Positions 26,601 through 35,574 of a stretch of 64,000 nucleotides of DNA are shown here, piece by piece. How positions within the stretch are numbered: the first letter of the stretch is position 1; every line of letters starts with the position of its first letter. This DNA comes from an uncultured Planctomycetaceae bacterium (GTDB lineage: Bacteria; Planctomycetota; Phycisphaerae; UBA1845; UTPLA1): NCBI GenBank assembly GCA_964605185.1, contig CAZSBF010000005.1, positions 3,625-67,624 of the forward strand, given 5' to 3'. The notes below the pieces were generated by a model, which did no database searches, was not told where the DNA came from, and saw nothing but the letters and a program-made list of their open reading frames with translations. The position numbers and the translations under genes are program-made.

Positions 26601-27692
26601 CGTCACATGAACGCTCTTGCCCTCGCGCCGCGTGACGTAATATTGAACGTGCCCGATGGCGGCCGCTTCATCCTCGGTGAGCCATTCCGGGTCGGATTTG
26701 AACTTGCGAACCGCGTCGTCAAACTTCTGATTCTCCGTGAACTCCTTCGGCGGATTGTCGCCCCACTCGCGGATGCGCCGGGCCGTGTCGTTGTTGGCAC
26801 TGGTCTGCTTGCTGATCAGAACGCGCGCCACGGCGTCGGCCGTGCGATAGCGGTTCACGTCGTCGTCGGCCGGTCCGCTGATGATGAGCGGCGTGCGAGC
26901 CTCGTCGATGAGGATGGAATCCACTTCGTCGATCAGGGCGAAGTGCAATTTGCCCTGCACCTGCTCCTCGACGGCGATCTTCATGTTGTCGCGGAGATAG
27001 TCGAAGCCGAATTCGTTGTTCGTGCCGTAGGTGATATTGCTGGCGTAAGCTTTGGCGCGGATGCCTTCGCGACCGCCGGGGTCGACCTGCCCTTGGATGT
27101 AGCCGACTGTCAGGCCCACCAGCTCGAAAATCGGCTTGGCGAAATCCGCGTCGCGCTGCACAAGATAGTCGTTCACCGTAACGATGTGCACCTTCTTGCC
27201 TTGTACGCATTTCATGAACGCAGGAAGGTGGCAGACGATGGTCTTGCCTTCGCCCGTCTTCATTTCAGCAATCTTGCCTTCGAAGAGCACCATGCCGCCG
27301 ACGAGCTGGCAGTCGAAATGGCGGTGGTTCTGTGCCCGGCGCGAGGCTTCGCGAATCACCGCGAACGCCTCGGGCAGCACGTCGTCCACCGGGTGCCCCT
27401 GTTCGAGGCGCTTGCGAAGCGACTCTGTGCGATCCTGCAGGTCGCGACTCAGATCGACGCGAATTTTTTGCAGCGCCTCTGCCCGATCAGTCGCCGCGAA
27501 TCCACCGTCGCCTTCTTTGACGGGCGGCACCGAGGCCGACGCCTCCGCGAATCGCTTGTCAAAATCACCGCGCAGCTCCGGCTCAAAGGAGTTGATGCGG
27601 TCCACCTGTCTGAAATAACGCTTGATAAGGCGGTCATTCCGCGAGCCGAAGACCTTGCGGAACGCTGTGCCGACGAAACCGAGAATTGGCAT
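23679..27692 (-). CDS. secA: preprotein translocase ATPase SecA (unusually long, 1337 aa)
   Basis: Walker A [68 protein letters not shown], C-terminal SEC-C zinc motif [13 protein letters not shown]. Confidence 0.97.
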   Translation of the reverse strand: [1337 protein letters not shown]

Positions 27693-27704
27693 GGGACACC
27701 GGGA

Positions 27705-27740
27705 AAAAGTCGAAACGTTGAAAAGTCGAAAAGTCGAAAC
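27705..27740 (-). repeat. triplicated AAGTCGAAA (minus strand TTTCGACTT) motif in the secA leader
   Basis: AAAAGTCGAAAC (27705-27716), AAAAGTCGAA (27721-27730) and AAGTCGAAAC (27731-27740), located 13-48 nt upstream of the secA ATG at 27692. No SD sequence is visible. Confidence 0.6.
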
Positions 27741-27801
27741 GCCGAATCGTCAAATTGAAATTGCAATGCGCGAAAAGAGTGCGCGACGTGGCGCTTGAAA
27801 A

Positions 27802-28170
27802 CTACGGGCCGTGGAGGCCGCCGATGTGGTGGGAGATGGATTGCTTGCGGGCCTGCTCCGGGCAGTCTACTCGAATCGTCCGCACGCGGATCGGCATGAG
27901 CTGCCGATTACGGGCCAACGATCGAAGACCCTGCTTCTGCATCCACGCAATCAGCAGCACGGCAGCGCCGGTGATCACCAGCAAGCCACCGGAATCGAAC
28001 ATCGGAGTCGACACCGCGGCGACGAGTCTCGTCGCGGCCGGTGCATGTCGATCCGCGGGTGCCCCCAGCACGGTGTGCGCCCCCAGAACGGCCGAAACGG
28101 CCAGCGTCAACCCGGAGAGCGTAATCGCCCGGGCCGCGGCATCTCGTCGAGTGGTGCGGGGTGCATCCAT
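27802..28170 (-). CDS. hypothetical small membrane protein
   Basis: Internal ATG of ORF 27802..28245. MDAPRTTRRDAAARAITLSGLTLAVSAVLGA (RR-containing signal-like N-terminus) and a second hydrophobic helix LLVITGAAVLLIAWM. Weak coding evidence. Confidence 0.35.
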   Translation of the reverse strand: MDAPRTTRRDAAARAITLSGLTLAVSAVLGAHTVLGAPADRHAPAATRLVAAVSTPMFDSGGLLVITGAAVLLIAWMQKQGLRSLARNRQLMPIRVRTIRVDCPEQARKQSISHHIGGLHGP

Positions 28171-28256
28171 GAGTTCACTGAGTGTATCTCGGCAGTTTGC
28201 GATTATCAACCCGGGACGGGTGCATACTTGAATCGCCTGTGCCACAATGCCCCGGC

Positions 28257-29054
28257 ATGTTCAACGGCCAGACCATCCTCATTACCGGAGCATCCAGCGG
28301 CATCGGCGAAGCGCTCGCTCGGCGATTCGCTCGCGACGGAGCGCACCTCGCCCTCGCCGCCCGCCGCGTCGATCGGCTTGAAGCCCTTGCAAAAGAGCTT
28401 GTCGGAAAAGCCGCAGGCACCACGGTCATCCGCGCCGACTTGCTGGATGCCGAAGCGATTCCGCGAATCATCGACGACGCCCGCCGCGCCACCGGCCGCA
28501 TCGACGTTTTGGTCAACAACGCCGGCGTTGGCGAGTACGGCGAGTTCGCATCGCAGGATGTCGCCGCGCTGGAGCGCATGATGCAGCTCAACATGACCGC
28601 GATGATTCGCCTGACGCATGCCATCCTGCCCGACATGATCGCGAGGCGATGCGGCCGTGTGCTGAACATCGCCAGCACGGCGGCCTTTCAACCGACACCG
28701 TACATGGCGGTGTACGGGGCGACCAAGGCCTTCGTAAAGAACTGGTCGCTGTCGCTTTGGCGCGAGTTGGAGTTGAGCGGCGTAGGCGTGACCTGCGTCT
28801 GCCCCGGACCCGTGCAAACTGAATTCTTCGACCGTGGTGGCTATCAGGAACGCCGCGGCGATTTCACCCGCCTCGCCTGCAGCGTCGAATGGATGGCGGA
28901 GAAGGCGTATCGCGCCGTCGCACGCGGCAAAGTCTTATCGACACCGGGGTTCGTGAATTGGCTGGGGGCGTGGCTCACACGTTTTGGCGACGCGAAGTTG
29001 GTCACCCGCGTATCCGCAAAAATCCTCGGCCCGCGCCCACCACAGCAGCGTTGA
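28257..29054 (+). CDS. SDR family oxidoreductase
   Basis: ILITGASSGIGEALA Rossmann motif, NNAG, YGATKAF (Y-x3-K). 265 aa. Confidence 0.85.
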   Translation: MFNGQTILITGASSGIGEALARRFARDGAHLALAARRVDRLEALAKELVGKAAGTTVIRADLLDAEAIPRIIDDARRATGRIDVLVNNAGVGEYGEFASQDVAALERMMQLNMTAMIRLTHAILPDMIARRCGRVLNIASTAAFQPTPYMAVYGATKAFVKNWSLSLWRELELSGVGVTCVCPGPVQTEFFDRGGYQERRGDFTRLACSVEWMAEKAYRAVARGKVLSTPGFVNWLGAWLTRFGDAKLVTRVSAKILGPRPPQQR

Positions 29055-29082
29055 GACCAGACAATCAATCATGGGTGCCGGG

Positions 29083-29670
29083 TTAGTCGAAGTACGCGAT
29101 TGATCGGGTACATCCACGAAGACAAAAAAACACAAGCAACAGTAGGCCCATTCCAAATTGAACTGAACTCCAGAATGTCTTGGTTATACCGTTACGGCGA
29201 AGCCTTACCGCGTATTTCCATGCGAAATAAGGAATTGCGATGACCGCCAGGAGTGCCGGGATGTCTTGGACAATTAATAAATAGGTATTATTTCCTCCAT
29301 TGGTACATGAGCCACGATCGACGCCGGGAAGGCTCAGGTAGATTTCTCGTATGGAGCAGGAAACAAATCCTAGGCCCACGAGCGTAATAGCAAACCACCC
29401 CAAGAACCGAAGTGAGATTCGGGTCTCTTTGCCGTAGATTTCGTCGCGAAGTTCATGTTCTCGGGCGCTATCGACATACTGCCTTTGAAGTTCGGCGGGG
29501 TCGAATACGTTTCCGCACTCTGGGCACGTAAAGTCAACAAGCCCGCGCAAGTCATAATGGCACTGTGGGCACCTGAGCCATTTCGCCCCCTTTTCGATGT
29601 AGGTGTGTAAATCGGGCATCCCGTAACCGACAGTACGTACATCCGAAAGTGCCATGTTGGCCGTTAGCAC
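29083..29670 (-). CDS. membrane protein with N-terminal CxxC-x-YDL-CPECG zinc ribbon
   Basis: CPQCHYDLRGLVDFTCPECGNVF followed by 3-4 TM helices. Visibly lower GC. Lies 22 nt downstream of pruA on the same strand. Confidence 0.6.
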   Translation of the reverse strand: MLTANMALSDVRTVGYGMPDLHTYIEKGAKWLRCPQCHYDLRGLVDFTCPECGNVFDPAELQRQYVDSAREHELRDEIYGKETRISLRFLGWFAITLVGLGFVSCSIREIYLSLPGVDRGSCTNGGNNTYLLIVQDIPALLAVIAIPYFAWKYAVRLRRNGITKTFWSSVQFGMGLLLLVFFCLRGCTRSIAYFD

Positions 29671-29692
29671 GCAAGCTAATCCTCGGCCCGCG

Positions 29693-31243
29693 TTAGAGCC
29701 GCTCGGTCACGGCCTTCCCCTGCATGAAGAGCTGCAAATAATCCCGCCCGCCGGCCTTGCTATCAGTACCGGACATGTTGAACCCACCGAAGGGTTGAAC
29801 GTCGACCAGCGCCCCCGTGCACTTGCGGTTCAGGTACAGATTGCCGACGTGCAACTCGTGCCTCGCCCGCTCCAGTTCAGCGCGGTCATTGGAGAATAAC
29901 GCACCTGTCAGGCCATACTCCGTGCCGTTGGCGATAGAAAGCAGCTCTTCAAATCCACGGCCTTTGATGACGGCGAGCACCGGCCCGAAGATTTCTTCCT
30001 GCGAAAGCCGCGCCGACGGCGCGATGCCGGTGAAGATAGTCGGTTGGATGTAGAACCCACCGCTCGGCGGCTCCGCGTCGCCCAGCACCATCGTGCCTTC
30101 CTTCTTGCCGATCTCGATGTACTCATTGATCTTGGTGAAAGCGGATTTATCAACCACGGCTCCCATGAAGTAATTCTCCGGCCCGGTCGGGTTGCCGATG
30201 GTCAGCTTGCGCGATCGCTCGACGACCTTCTGCACCAGCACATCGTGCACCTTCTCATCGACGATCAGACGACTGCACGCCGAGCACTTCTGTCCCTGGA
30301 AGCCGAAGGCCGACCACGTGACCGCATCGGCCGCCGCGTCGAGATCAGCGCTGGGTGTCACGACGATGCAGTCCTTGCCGCCCATTTCGAGAATCGTGCG
30401 CTTGAGCCAGATCTGCCCAGGATGCACCTTCGCCGCGCGCTCAAAGATGCGCAGGCCCACTTCGCGCGAGCCGGTGAACGAGATGAACCGTGTCTTGGGG
30501 TGATCAACGAGCAAATCGCCCACCGCGCCGCCCGAGCCGGGCACGAAATTGAGCACGCCCGGCGGCAGCATCACTTCTTCCATCACTTCGACAAACTTCG
30601 CCGCGATGATCGGCGATGCGCTGGCCGGCTTGAGCACGACTGTGTTCCCCGTCACGATCGATGCCGTCGTAATGCCCGCCATGATCGCAAACGGAAAGTT
30701 CCACGGCGGGATGCACACGCCGACGCCGAGTGACATGTAACGCAGTTCGTTCTCTTCGCCGGGGAATGGCGTGACTGGCTGCGAACCGCCGAGTCGCATC
30801 ATCTCGCGGGCGTAAAACTCGAGAAAATCCACGCACTCGGCCGCATCGGCGTAGGCCTCGATCCACGACTTCGAGACTTCGTACACCATCCACGCCGAGA
30901 ATTCATAAATGCGTTTGCGAATAATCGCCGCTGCCCGAAGCAGATATCGCGCCCGCACGTCCGGCGGCGTGTGCGACCAGCTTTTGAACGCGGAATCAGC
31001 CGCCGCAATCGCCGCCATCGCCTCTTCCGCGCCGGCCTTGGAGACCGAGCCCACGATCTGCTCAGTCCGTGCCGGATTGATCGACTCAATCTTCGCCGAC
31101 GTCTCCACCTTCTTGCCGCCGATCCGCAGCGGGTAGCTCCGGCCAAGCTGCGACTCGACGAGTTTCAGCGCCTCCAGCATCTTGGCCCGCGGCTCGGGCT
31201 GGTTGAAATCGGGATACGGCTCCGGATGATACGGGATCAGCAT
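29693..31243 (-). CDS. pruA: L-glutamate gamma-semialdehyde (1-pyrroline-5-carboxylate) dehydrogenase
   Basis: 516 aa from ATG 31243 (MLIPYHPEPYPDF). Aldehyde dehydrogenase motifs FTGSREVG, EMGGKD, and the catalytic Cys in FGFQGQKCSACSR. The N-terminal 46 codons of the long ORF run through an intergenic REP hairpin and are rejected. Confidence 0.9.
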   Translation of the reverse strand: MLIPYHPEPYPDFNQPEPRAKMLEALKLVESQLGRSYPLRIGGKKVETSAKIESINPARTEQIVGSVSKAGAEEAMAAIAAADSAFKSWSHTPPDVRARYLLRAAAIIRKRIYEFSAWMVYEVSKSWIEAYADAAECVDFLEFYAREMMRLGGSQPVTPFPGEENELRYMSLGVGVCIPPWNFPFAIMAGITTASIVTGNTVVLKPASASPIIAAKFVEVMEEVMLPPGVLNFVPGSGGAVGDLLVDHPKTRFISFTGSREVGLRIFERAAKVHPGQIWLKRTILEMGGKDCIVVTPSADLDAAADAVTWSAFGFQGQKCSACSRLIVDEKVHDVLVQKVVERSRKLTIGNPTGPENYFMGAVVDKSAFTKINEYIEIGKKEGTMVLGDAEPPSGGFYIQPTIFTGIAPSARLSQEEIFGPVLAVIKGRGFEELLSIANGTEYGLTGALFSNDRAELERARHELHVGNLYLNRKCTGALVDVQPFGGFNMSGTDSKAGGRDYLQLFMQGKAVTERL

Positions 31244-31348
31244 GGCGATCTCTCCATCGCAGTAATGATGTATGCAATCAGTGGTGCATATTGTAGTGGA
31301 CGCGGCACAATTCGGCGCGGTAGGGGGGCGCTGCAGGCGCGATGGATA

Positions 31349-31374
31349 AAGTGGAGCGGGCGTCCCTGCCCGCG
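31349..31374 (+). repeat. REP-like GC hairpin element, copy 1
   Basis: AAGTGGAGCGGGCGTCCCTGCCCGCG. Stem GCGGGC/GCCCGC, loop GTCCCT. Confidence 0.8.
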
Positions 31375-31397
31375 TTCTCACGCAAGAACGCGCAAAC

Positions 31398-31423
31398 GAG
31401 TGGGGCGGGCGTCCCTGCCCGCC
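31398..31423 (+). repeat. REP-like GC hairpin element, copy 2
   Basis: GAGTGGGGCGGGCGTCCCTGCCCGCC. 7-bp stem GGCGGGC/GCCCGCC, loop GTCCCT. Confidence 0.8.
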
Positions 31424-31462
31424 GCTGCAGTCAGTCCCGCACCATGTACCGCGTGCGAGTTG

Positions 31463-34400
31463 CTACGGTTTCAACCGGGGCTTCACCTGCGTCAGCGGCC
31501 GACCATTGGCATCCTCAATGTGAACGCCGAATCCTCCGTCGCCGCCGCCCTGATGAACCTTTACCAGCAGCGTATTTGTACCCTTCTTGAGCTTGACCGC
31601 GACATGGTCGGATTTCGCGCTGTACGGCCGGCCGATGTTGAGAAAGTAGATTTCCTCGCCATTGAGCCACATCTTCACTCCGTCGTCGGTGCCGAAGGCG
31701 AACGTGGCGTCCATGTCCTCCGGCGAATCGATGTAGGTGAAACCATAGACGATGGTGTCATTCACGCGTTTGCTGAAGACCTCATCAAAGTCGACGAAAA
31801 ACTCGCCGGTCAGATCGTCACCCGGCTTCACCGTGCGGATGTATTTCTTCCACGTGACGCGCTCGCCATCCTTGCCGGGGTGCAACGCCTCGAACTCGAC
31901 CCTTTCCTCGGGAAGGAATGGCTGATCGAGCGGATTGTCGGCGCGACATTCCAGCGGACCCACGATCCACCACGCATTGATTGACGGCATCAGAATCTTC
32001 TCGAACTCAAATGTCATCGGCTCGGCCTTCGACTCCCTCGGGCTCACCGTCAACGTCGCCGACACCATCGCCGTGTGCACAGTCCCATCGCCGACCAGCT
32101 TGGCCGTCATGCTCAGCGGTTTGCCCGCGGCGAGCGATCCCTCGGCCTTGGCTGCCGCGCCGAACAACCGCCACCCCGGCGCGGCCTTCAACGTCAGCGT
32201 GGCATTGAATGCCGTGGGGTCAAAGAGAATCGTCGGCTCCGCGATGGCCGCGACATCAAACACCCCGGCTGTATTCGGATCGGAGACGACGTTCAATCGG
32301 TAGAAAAGCCCAAGCAACCGCGCGAACAGTCGCTTCTGTTCCGCATCGCTGAGCTTCGCCCCTGACAATTCCTCCACATAGCCCGCCCAGTGCGCAAACT
32401 GGTTTTCAATGATCGAGTAATCCGTCGGATCGGATAAGTACGCCGTCGAAATCGCCTGCACGGCGTCGCGCGTGCGAGTGAGCGACGGTGCCGCAGCCGC
32501 GACATGCTTCAACAGAGCGAATTTCCCCGTAGCACCCTCCCGATTCATCTCAAACGCGGCTTTCGCTGCGTCACGATGTGTCAACATGATTTCGACTTGT
32601 GACGTCGTGTCGACCTCAGCAAGCCGAACCGTCGTCGGCGCGCCGGGATGGATGTACACCAGTTCAGAATCAAGGGGGCTGGGCTTTTCACTCTTCTTCG
32701 TCGTGACGGTTGCTGCCACCGATTCTGCCTTAGGGTCGTGATGGAATCGAAAGTCGTACTTGCGTTTGCGAGGTTCAACACGTTCGCTCGACGCCGGCCC
32801 AATCCGAGCCGTGTGACGGCCTTCCTGTTTCGTATGCGCAATCTCCGTCCATATCCCGCCCGTTGTGGTGTAGTCGTTGCTTACACCATCGTCCTCATAC
32901 AGCCGATACGAACCATCCGCCTCGCCGAACACATTCACCACCAGTTCGTTCGGCGAGGTCGATGCACCGTTGCGATAATCCTGCGTAACGACAATGCCGC
33001 CATCTCTCACGAAAATCGGAATCTCGTCGAGCGGCACCGTCAGCGGAATCGTCTTCGGCCCTTCATACATGCGCCCCGTGGGCCAATACACCCATTTCCC
33101 CGGCGGCAACCACACCTCCACCATGGCGCATTGGCTCATCGGATCCGCCGCCTCTGCCACCGGCGCGACCAGCATCTGATCGCCAAACAAATACTCACTG
33201 CCGGCCTTGTACGCCTCGTCCAACTCCGGCCACTCGTAATACAACGGTCGACAAAGAGGAATTCCCGTGTCGTAGCACTGTCGCGCGGCGGTGTAGATGT
33301 ACGGGATCAACTCATAGCGAAGTTGATACGCCTTGCGGCCGGCCTCGAAGAACTCCGTCGGAAATTGCCAAATGCGCCGCTCGGCCTCGGGGTTCTTCGT
33401 TGTGTGTGTGCGCAGAATCGGCGACAGCGCGCCCCATTGCAACCAACGCACATACATCTCCGGATCAACCTTGCCCGGCTGATGCCCACCGATGTCATGG
33501 CTCCAATACGCATAACCGACGTTGCCCGCCGTCGCGGTGAACGGCGGCTGAAACGCCAGCGACGGCCAATTGCAAAACGTGTCGCCCGAAAAGCCGATTT
33601 GGTAGCGGTGATTTCCGAGGCCGCCCCAACGCGAAAAGATGATCGGCCGCTCGCCGGTCTCCTTGGTACGGCGCTCCATCTCGGTCCAGTGCAGATAGTT
33701 CAGCCAGAAAAGCGGATCGAGGCCCTCGATCTTTGTCTTCTGCCCCTGCTGCCAATCCATCCACCAGAAATCGATGCCGGCCTTCTCCATCGGGTGATGC
33801 AAGAGCTTGAAATAGGCGTCGACAAACGTTCGATCCGTGCAGTCGAACGGCACGCGATCCGTCTTTTTCGGATCGAGCCCCATCGCCTTGCACACCTCGG
33901 GGAATTGCTTCTCCTGTTTGCCCACTCCCTCGGCCGGGTGAAGATTGAGCGTGACCTTCAGACCTTCAGCGTGCGCCCATTTGAGAAAGCCGTTAGGGTC
34001 GGGAAAGTACTTCGGATTCCACGTGTAGCCGGTCCAGCCATCGAGATGCCAGTCCATGTCGACGACCAGCACATCAAGCGGCACATCATGCTCGCGGAAC
34101 TCCTTCACGAGTTGGCGAAGTTCGGCATCGCTATAGGCCCAGTAGCGCGACCACCACGCCCCGAAGGCAAATCGCGGCGGCATCGGAATGCGCCCCGCAA
34201 CCTTGATGAAATCAGCGAGTGCCCCCTTGTAGTCGTGACCGTATGCGAAGAAATACCAGTCCTGCGAATCCTTTTTCTCTCGCGGCGTTGCCCACGGCCA
34301 ATCACTCAACGAGGCCCGCGCGCCGGCAAGGGCATTGTCTGGTGAAGCTGCGAACAGCAATCGCTTCGAATCATCCACGCAGGTCCAACCGTTGCGGGAA

Positions 34401-34873
34401 AGCAACCCTTCCTCCAACGGGCATGACCCTGAAATGCCGTCCAGCGTTCGGGTTGTCCCCCCGAGATTGGATGGATTCGCGAACGGCGGCGCACATTCGA
34501 GGTCGGCCTGCCCGTCCACGGATTTCACTTGCACAGTGAGGTTGCTCTTGTCGAATTTGCCACCCGGCCGATAGCGAATGGATAGTTTCTCAGTGGTGAT
34601 CGTGAGGATTCCCTGCCGGTCGGCCTTTTCAAATTTCGGCACGGGGAGTCGACGATTGATGAAAGCGAACGACGCCCGATCCTCGAACTTCCCGCCGTCG
34701 GAATACTCCATCCGCACCAGCCCCGGTGTCAGGATGGTGAACCGCGCATTGCCTGAGACAACAATGGCGGCAGGATCGGCGATAGGGTTAGGCGGATCAT
34801 CGGCATAGGCAAATGACGAAAACATGGCGAAAAAGGTGGCACAGCATGTCGCAACAAGGATGTGTGATTTCAT
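31463..34873 (-). CDS. glycoside hydrolase family 31 protein with long C-terminal extension (1136 aa, secreted)
   Basis: Signal peptide MKSHILVATCCATFFAMFSSFAYA. GH31 blocks DVLVVDMDW, IDFWWMDWQQG, FSRWGGLGNHRYQIGFSGD, YWSHDIGGH. About 450 extra C-terminal residues end in a beta-sandwich-like module. Confidence 0.85.
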   Translation of the reverse strand: MKSHILVATCCATFFAMFSSFAYADDPPNPIADPAAIVVSGNARFTILTPGLVRMEYSDGGKFEDRASFAFINRRLPVPKFEKADRQGILTITTEKLSIRYRPGGKFDKSNLTVQVKSVDGQADLECAPPFANPSNLGGTTRTLDGISGSCPLEEGLLSRNGWTCVDDSKRLLFAASPDNALAGARASLSDWPWATPREKKDSQDWYFFAYGHDYKGALADFIKVAGRIPMPPRFAFGAWWSRYWAYSDAELRQLVKEFREHDVPLDVLVVDMDWHLDGWTGYTWNPKYFPDPNGFLKWAHAEGLKVTLNLHPAEGVGKQEKQFPEVCKAMGLDPKKTDRVPFDCTDRTFVDAYFKLLHHPMEKAGIDFWWMDWQQGQKTKIEGLDPLFWLNYLHWTEMERRTKETGERPIIFSRWGGLGNHRYQIGFSGDTFCNWPSLAFQPPFTATAGNVGYAYWSHDIGGHQPGKVDPEMYVRWLQWGALSPILRTHTTKNPEAERRIWQFPTEFFEAGRKAYQLRYELIPYIYTAARQCYDTGIPLCRPLYYEWPELDEAYKAGSEYLFGDQMLVAPVAEAADPMSQCAMVEVWLPPGKWVYWPTGRMYEGPKTIPLTVPLDEIPIFVRDGGIVVTQDYRNGASTSPNELVVNVFGEADGSYRLYEDDGVSNDYTTTGGIWTEIAHTKQEGRHTARIGPASSERVEPRKRKYDFRFHHDPKAESVAATVTTKKSEKPSPLDSELVYIHPGAPTTVRLAEVDTTSQVEIMLTHRDAAKAAFEMNREGATGKFALLKHVAAAAPSLTRTRDAVQAISTAYLSDPTDYSIIENQFAHWAGYVEELSGAKLSDAEQKRLFARLLGLFYRLNVVSDPNTAGVFDVAAIAEPTILFDPTAFNATLTLKAAPGWRLFGAAAKAEGSLAAGKPLSMTAKLVGDGTVHTAMVSATLTVSPRESKAEPMTFEFEKILMPSINAWWIVGPLECRADNPLDQPFLPEERVEFEALHPGKDGERVTWKKYIRTVKPGDDLTGEFFVDFDEVFSKRVNDTIVYGFTYIDSPEDMDATFAFGTDDGVKMWLNGEEIYFLNIGRPYSAKSDHVAVKLKKGTNTLLVKVHQGGGDGGFGVHIEDANGRPLTQVKPRLKP

Positions 34874-35298
34874 TGGGGGACTCGCAGTAGGCAGTTGAAT
34901 CCGGCCTGTTCAAAGTGTCGGTCTGCGGTGAACGCGTCACGAATGCCGGCGCTGGCCATGACCTCAAAGCTGATGCAATCGACGAGCCCCCATGTTTTGT
35001 CGTGGTACCGGGCGAGGCGAGACAGTCCGGCAAGAAACAGTTGGCGATCTACAAAGATGGCGGTCGTCATCGGATCTTCAACGATGTCCCTGATGAACTC
35101 ACTCCAAGAATCGCGTAAAGAGCTGCGAGAGATGCAGTTTCCAAGTTCGGCGAGAACGAGGTCTGTGGTCATCATGCGTCGCCGGAGTCGGCCAAATGAA
35201 CGAAACGGCTGGACGGCCTCAATATGAGAAGACTCACGGTGATTCAAGAATGCCAGAAGCCCCCCGGTATCAAGGAATACCGGCTCATTCGCCATCAT
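34870..35298 (-). CDS. vapC: PIN-domain toxin (VapC family)
   Basis: VFLDTGGLLAF (first acidic residue), TTDLVLAELGN, DCISFEVM and FTADRHFEQAGF are typical PIN acidic-quartet blocks. Overlaps the upstream antitoxin gene by 14 nt. Confidence 0.8.
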   Translation of the reverse strand: MMANEPVFLDTGGLLAFLNHRESSHIEAVQPFRSFGRLRRRMMTTDLVLAELGNCISRSSLRDSWSEFIRDIVEDPMTTAIFVDRQLFLAGLSRLARYHDKTWGLVDCISFEVMASAGIRDAFTADRHFEQAGFNCLLRVPQ

Positions 35299-35527
35299 TC
35301 ACCTTAGGGAGGCCATAGAGATAGTGATCGTGGTTCAGTGCTAGATCAGGAATACCGGTATCGACGGCATATCGCTCGACGTCAAATATCTTTCGGTCCG
35401 TTGGGCATTCTTCAGCGTCTTGAGAAGACAACTGCCGGGCATAGACTTCGACCGAGATTCCCTCGGGAGGTTTCTCGTCGCCCACGAAGACCACCACACC
35501 ATTCTGAACTGTTCCTCGATATGTCAT
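35285..35527 (-). CDS. putative VapB-type antitoxin (80 aa)
   Basis: MTYRGTVQNGVVVFVGDEKPPEGISVEVY beta-rich N-terminus, as in PIN-associated antitoxins. Position and overlap are typical of a type II TA operon. Confidence 0.6.
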   Translation of the reverse strand: MTYRGTVQNGVVVFVGDEKPPEGISVEVYARQLSSQDAEECPTDRKIFDVERYAVDTGIPDLALNHDHYLYGLPKVNDGE

Positions 35528-35574
35528 AAGTCACCCGCCCAATTATACCACGTCTCCACGCAGAATCAGGGACC

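Noticed and set aside
29693-31381. Full-length 562-aa version of the pruA ORF and 573-aa version of gltX (46180..47901)
   Set aside because: The N-terminal extensions are translations of intergenic REP hairpins (AGTPAPL and GRDACPT peptides). Internal ATGs at 31243 and 47826 give canonical protein N-termini.
32648-34345. 565-aa ORF on the plus strand
   Set aside because: Antisense to the GH31 gene. Arg/Pro/His-rich with no motifs.
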